Assembly: GCA_037446215.1 (NCBI GenBank)
Contig: JBBIJB010000017.1
Location: forward strand, 1-36,519
Source of the DNA: Armatimonadota bacterium
Lineage (GTDB): Bacteria; Sysuimicrobiota; Sysuimicrobiia; Sysuimicrobiales; Humicultoraceae
DNA length: 36,519 nucleotides
Direction of reading: 5' to 3'
Of the stretch, positions 36,466 to 36,519 are shown piece after piece (within the stretch, counting starts at the first letter, position 1; each line of letters starts with the position of its first letter). The notes beneath the pieces are model-generated. The model did not search any database and was not told where the DNA came from. It was given only the letters and a program-made list of their open reading frames with translations. Position numbers and translations under genes: made by a program.

Positions 36466-36519
36466 GAGGACCGCGGCCCGCCGCTCCCTGAAGGATGTAG
36501 CCGTCCCCGGGCGAAACCG

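Noticed and set aside
1..36519. CRISPR arrays, tRNA/rRNA, IS elements, prophage or defence genes, selenocysteine read-through
   Set aside because: No regularly spaced repeats, RNA gene signatures, transposase/integrase motifs or in-frame TGA within conserved domains were seen by manual reading.

Overview
This is a very GC-rich (roughly 70% by eye), gene-dense bacterial window with no mobile elements, CRISPR arrays, rRNA or tRNA. The mix of ycf45-R3H, darA, Fur/Zur and peptide ABC genes suggests a Terrabacteria lineage such as Armatimonadota/CSP1-3 or Chloroflexota, but this is inference only. The left half (1-17041) is a large purine-catabolic locus. A minus-strand run encodes a phosphoribosyltransferase, a PucC/PucE/PucD-type xanthine dehydrogenase interrupted by an 8-oxoguanine deaminase-like gene, a second fused 2Fe-2S+Mo hydroxylase of the selenium-dependent XDH type, SsnA, a Mer-like LLM oxidoreductase, two different fold-type-II PLP enzymes and two different carbamoyltransferases (the last runs off the window edge). 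Adenine deaminase is transcribed divergently. This looks like a non-canonical version of the anaerobic uric acid/2,8-dioxopurine pathway (xdh-ssnA-ygfK-hyuA-ygeWXY) and is the best candidate for an undescribed system. The middle (17051-25651) has decayed transporter genes (tct remnants, an internally deleted SLC13/TrkA-C permease), a trans-sulfuration lyase, an EamA transporter, a hydrolase, a B-box membrane protein and a Dpp-type ABC system without ATPase genes. The right part is housekeeping: holB-darA-tmk, a Ycf45-R3H ATPase, EndoQ, a geranylgeranyl reductase-family protein, DUF192 and a zur-znuACB operon with a visible promoter and Zur/Fur box.
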